Below, piece after piece: positions 60,986 to 64,000 of a stretch of 64,000 nucleotides of DNA (position 1 is the stretch's first letter; every line of letters begins with the position of its first letter). Location: positions 71,999-135,998 of the forward strand of contig JAQGDQ010000581.1 in the NCBI GenBank assembly GCA_030141605.1, read 5' to 3'. Below the pieces are notes generated by a model. The model had not been told where the DNA came from and did not search any database. It saw only the letters and a list, made by a program, of their open reading frames with translations. The stretch is from Tubiluchus corallicola (lineage: Eukaryota > Animalia > Priapulida). A program made the position numbers and the translations under genes.

Positions 60986-61970
60986 CATTTATGCACAAAA
61001 TTCTCTTTGCTTATATTCTAGTTTATAATTAATACTCACTCTTTTATCTCCGCCACGATATTAATGAATACTCTTGTTAGGCAAAAACTTACTAAAATGA
61101 AATGCCCAAATAAGGAATAAGGGTGACACAGTTTTTATGCGCAGAGACCTAGTGCGCATTCACAGGTTTGACAAAAACAGCCGCATCCTGTAACCTGGCA
61201 TCAGATCCGGTACCTGAGTATCGATCACTTCATACTAGATTGTGGCATGTTGGCATGCCTTCTTGGCTATTCACACATCTCACGGAACCATCTTAAATAG
61301 CAGCTACAAACACTTTCTTTTTACTCATGCTTGGGTTAGCCTACTTCCTTGCGATGTAACTCTATAAACAAGTCTTCTCTGTCGTGAAATATACAAAAAC
61401 TGCCATTTACTCATTATGACGCAAGCAACGCATGTTCTAAATTTCCTCGAAAATTTGGATTCTGTGAAAGCTATAAAAGTCGCATTTGTAGACAGTAAGC
61501 TTATTACCATCATTTTAGGAGCAGAAATCAAAGACTATGTACAATGTTCGTGCAATATTGATAATAAGTTGTTGAATCTATTGGTAGTTGTCATTTCACC
61601 CCTCGTGAAACATGGCAATGGCAAACATTGTACGGAGTGGTTTAAACTAACCAACAGAATGCATCAGCCGAAACGTAGTACTAATGTTAGTACAATCTGC
61701 ACATGCGCAAAACATACCTGTAGCTAGACTCTTGGAGCTAGTTTTGAAAAATGGCTGTAATTCGACTATTAAAGCAACTAGATTTGACATATGATTGGTT
61801 CGTCATAGTATTACTTCATATCTCGAAGCTGTTGTGAATCAGAGCACAAAAAACTCAGTAAGCGAGTAACCCAATCTTCGCATTCCGGACTAGCTAAAAA
61901 TGTTATCCAGTGAAACTTACTGTCAGACCAGTACGCACTATAATGGATTTTTGATGATTTATGTTTATAG

Positions 61971-62123
61971 CTCAAATGCAAAAAATGTTTAAGTTTCGAA
62001 ACAAGCTTCCCACCAAAACTGTAGAGGTAAATGGACATCCAGTGGAGATGAAATATTGCGTTACTTGCAAAGTTTTCCGACCTCCAAGAGCATCCCACTG
62101 TAAGCTGTGTGATAACTGTGTGG
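61971..62123 (+). CDS. ZDHHC9: ZDHHC coding exon 3
   Basis: MKYCVTCKVFRPPRASHCKLCDNCV, the cysteine-rich domain; AG and GTAAGT bounded. Confidence 0.93.
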
Positions 62124-62583
62124 GTAAGTTAGCAGTTCATGTAGTATCCATCTAGATGAACTCATTGGTTTCACTATAATCATCATCATTACTAAACGTT
62201 ATTATAGCTGCTGTCGCCACCATCATCATCACCGCTACACCACACCAGCATAAACAAAATCACCATCGTCAACACACCATCGTCAACATAAATACACGAA
62301 TGTCACCGCTATCATCAACATCATTGCCGTCGTCATGATCATCATTTTCGTCACCCCAATTTCTATCGCAACAACCACCACAGCCACTACTGTCACCGCC
62401 AAAGTCATCATCGTCATTCTATCAGCATTTGTCATAGTCAAGGTCCTAATCTCAGATAAACACATTCATTTAAATGTAACGAAAATCTGAAACGAGCTTT
62501 CAATTCGAAACTTCATAATTTACTCATAATTTGTATCTTTTAAGATTAAATTTGTACACTACATCAAGCTCTTTTCATTGCAG

Positions 62584-62721
62584 ATCGTTTCGATCACCAT
62601 TGTCATTATACTGGCAACTGTGTTGGGAAGAGAAATTACCGATATTTCTACCTTTTTATACTCTCCATTTGGGCTCTCTTTACGTATATTCTCGTATGCT
62701 CCATCATTCACCTTGTTTGCT
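62584..62721 (+). CDS. ZDHHC9: ZDHHC coding exon 4 (catalytic DHHC); gene continues beyond the window
   Basis: (D)[29 protein letters not shown]...; AG and GTAAGT bounded. Confidence 0.93.
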
Positions 62722-62859
62722 GTAAGTTTACGTATCACGCAGATTTACACCTGTTTGCCATCGTATACTATAATAACTTTCTTAAAGGAAGACCGGACGA
62801 TTGTTTAGACTCAATCTCATCTTAATTTACTGCCCAAAATAAACATTTCTTGCCTACAA

Positions 62860-63335
62860 AAGTTAACAATTGTTCCTTGGATTATTAGCTTAGAAAGTTA
62901 ATTAACGGCAACCGAACACAGCTATTGCTTACGTCAGAAACTAACCACAGTTTGTGCAATGGCAGGCATCTTCCCTTGCGCAACAAACACATTTGAATAA
63001 GTGCTACAGTACTGCTTAAACGCGTGATGTCACGCAAAATAGGCATTACATCATATGACGTCAGAAGCTAACACAGCAGTCAATGATCATGGTTATCACG
63101 GTACCGCCTTCTATTTGTCGATCACACGAATGTGACAAAAAAGCGCCGTTGCCAATCTTAGTAGATTCACTGAGCCGTGCGTAGCTTTGAAAGTTTAACG
63201 AAATTTGAGTATCCGAGGTAATTATTATTTAATCTAAGCTTTGATTTAAAAATAAGGGATTGTAGTTTTCAATATTATAGAGCATTCTTTATTCTGACCT
63301 CGTGTTTACACAATCTTCCGGTTTTCCTTTTTGTT
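62860..63335 (+). repeat. Dispersed repeat, homolog of 14600-15040 (inverted) and 25695-25880
   Basis: Shared tgccaatcttagtagattcac, ccacagtttgtgcaatggcaggcatcttcccttgc and other blocks. Confidence 0.7.
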
Positions 63336-64000
63336 ACACCTTTGTGTTGAATAAGGACGAATAAGTTCGCATCATCTTCTGTTGCTTGAATAAAGAGTCA
63401 AGGGTGCAACGGGCCCGGCATGCATTTCAGGGGGTATCCAATCAAATAGCAATTTTTTTCAGAAATTTCAAATTTTTGCTCTTAAGTTAGTTGTACAAGC
63501 TGGCTTACAGTCTCAGTTTTTTTAAAAAAAAATTGTCATACCATGTTCTATATACAGTAACAAATCTTGGAATTTGTTGAGATTTTTTTAGTAATCAATG
63601 TTCTCCCCTTTTTTAGTTTATTCTTGCCCTCATTCGCCAGAATAGTGACGTTATTAACAGTGGCGGTTAGTTGAAATTCTAAGAAAATGTTAAGCCATTA
63701 TTTTAATACTGTGTAAAACGCAACAAACACGTGTAATTCTATTGTTCTAATTTGTAATTTTAAACAAACAAACATAGGTAAGTTGTTCATAAACTTGTTA
63801 AAATCCTATTCAAAACTACTTTTGCTTACTAATAGCCTAAATTATCGCAGCTCAAGCTTGATCTACTCACAGTAAGCATGTGACAACTGACAACAAACGG
63901 TGTGAGCGACAGTACATTTTCTACCTGGACTCAGACATGTGCGCATGTGCAGCTCCACAGTACTTATACACGAGCCACCACTGGTTAATATGAAGACCGT

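Noticed and set aside
60618-61032. His/Thr/Pro-rich ORFs or telomeric repeat
   Set aside because: Irregular GT-rich simple repeat in a ZDHHC intron; not TTAGG or TTAGGG.

Overview
AT-rich animal (invertebrate bilaterian-like) nuclear DNA with GT-AG introns and dense transposon debris; no prokaryotic features. Four host genes: an intronless, divergent GXYLT-like GT8 glycosyltransferase (+, 1145-2485); a KDM6A/UTX H3K27 demethylase whose whole 1048-codon CDS is one exon (-, 9443-12589); an 8-coding-exon FAM92/CIBAR ciliary BAR-domain gene (-, 21186-35155, 318 aa after manual splicing); and the first four coding exons of a ZDHHC9/14/18-type palmitoyltransferase (+, 58969 onward). Mobile DNA includes a full-length but decayed Ty3/Gypsy element (43996-53000; tRNA-Leu PBS, PPT, ATAT TSD), CR1, RTE and L2-like LINE fragments, a BEL/Pao-type gag relic with an N-terminal SAP domain, a deleted mariner and many MITEs. 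The most striking unexplained structure: tandem arrays in and around FAM92 are built from units resembling regulatory signals (5 CTCF motifs, about 10 RFX X-box-like units, two arrays of GTAAGT 5' splice sites, one directly behind a microexon-like cassette). A dispersed 1.4-kb composite repeat also carries splice-site and first-exon-like sequence. All coordinates and alignments were read by eye; no database searches were run.
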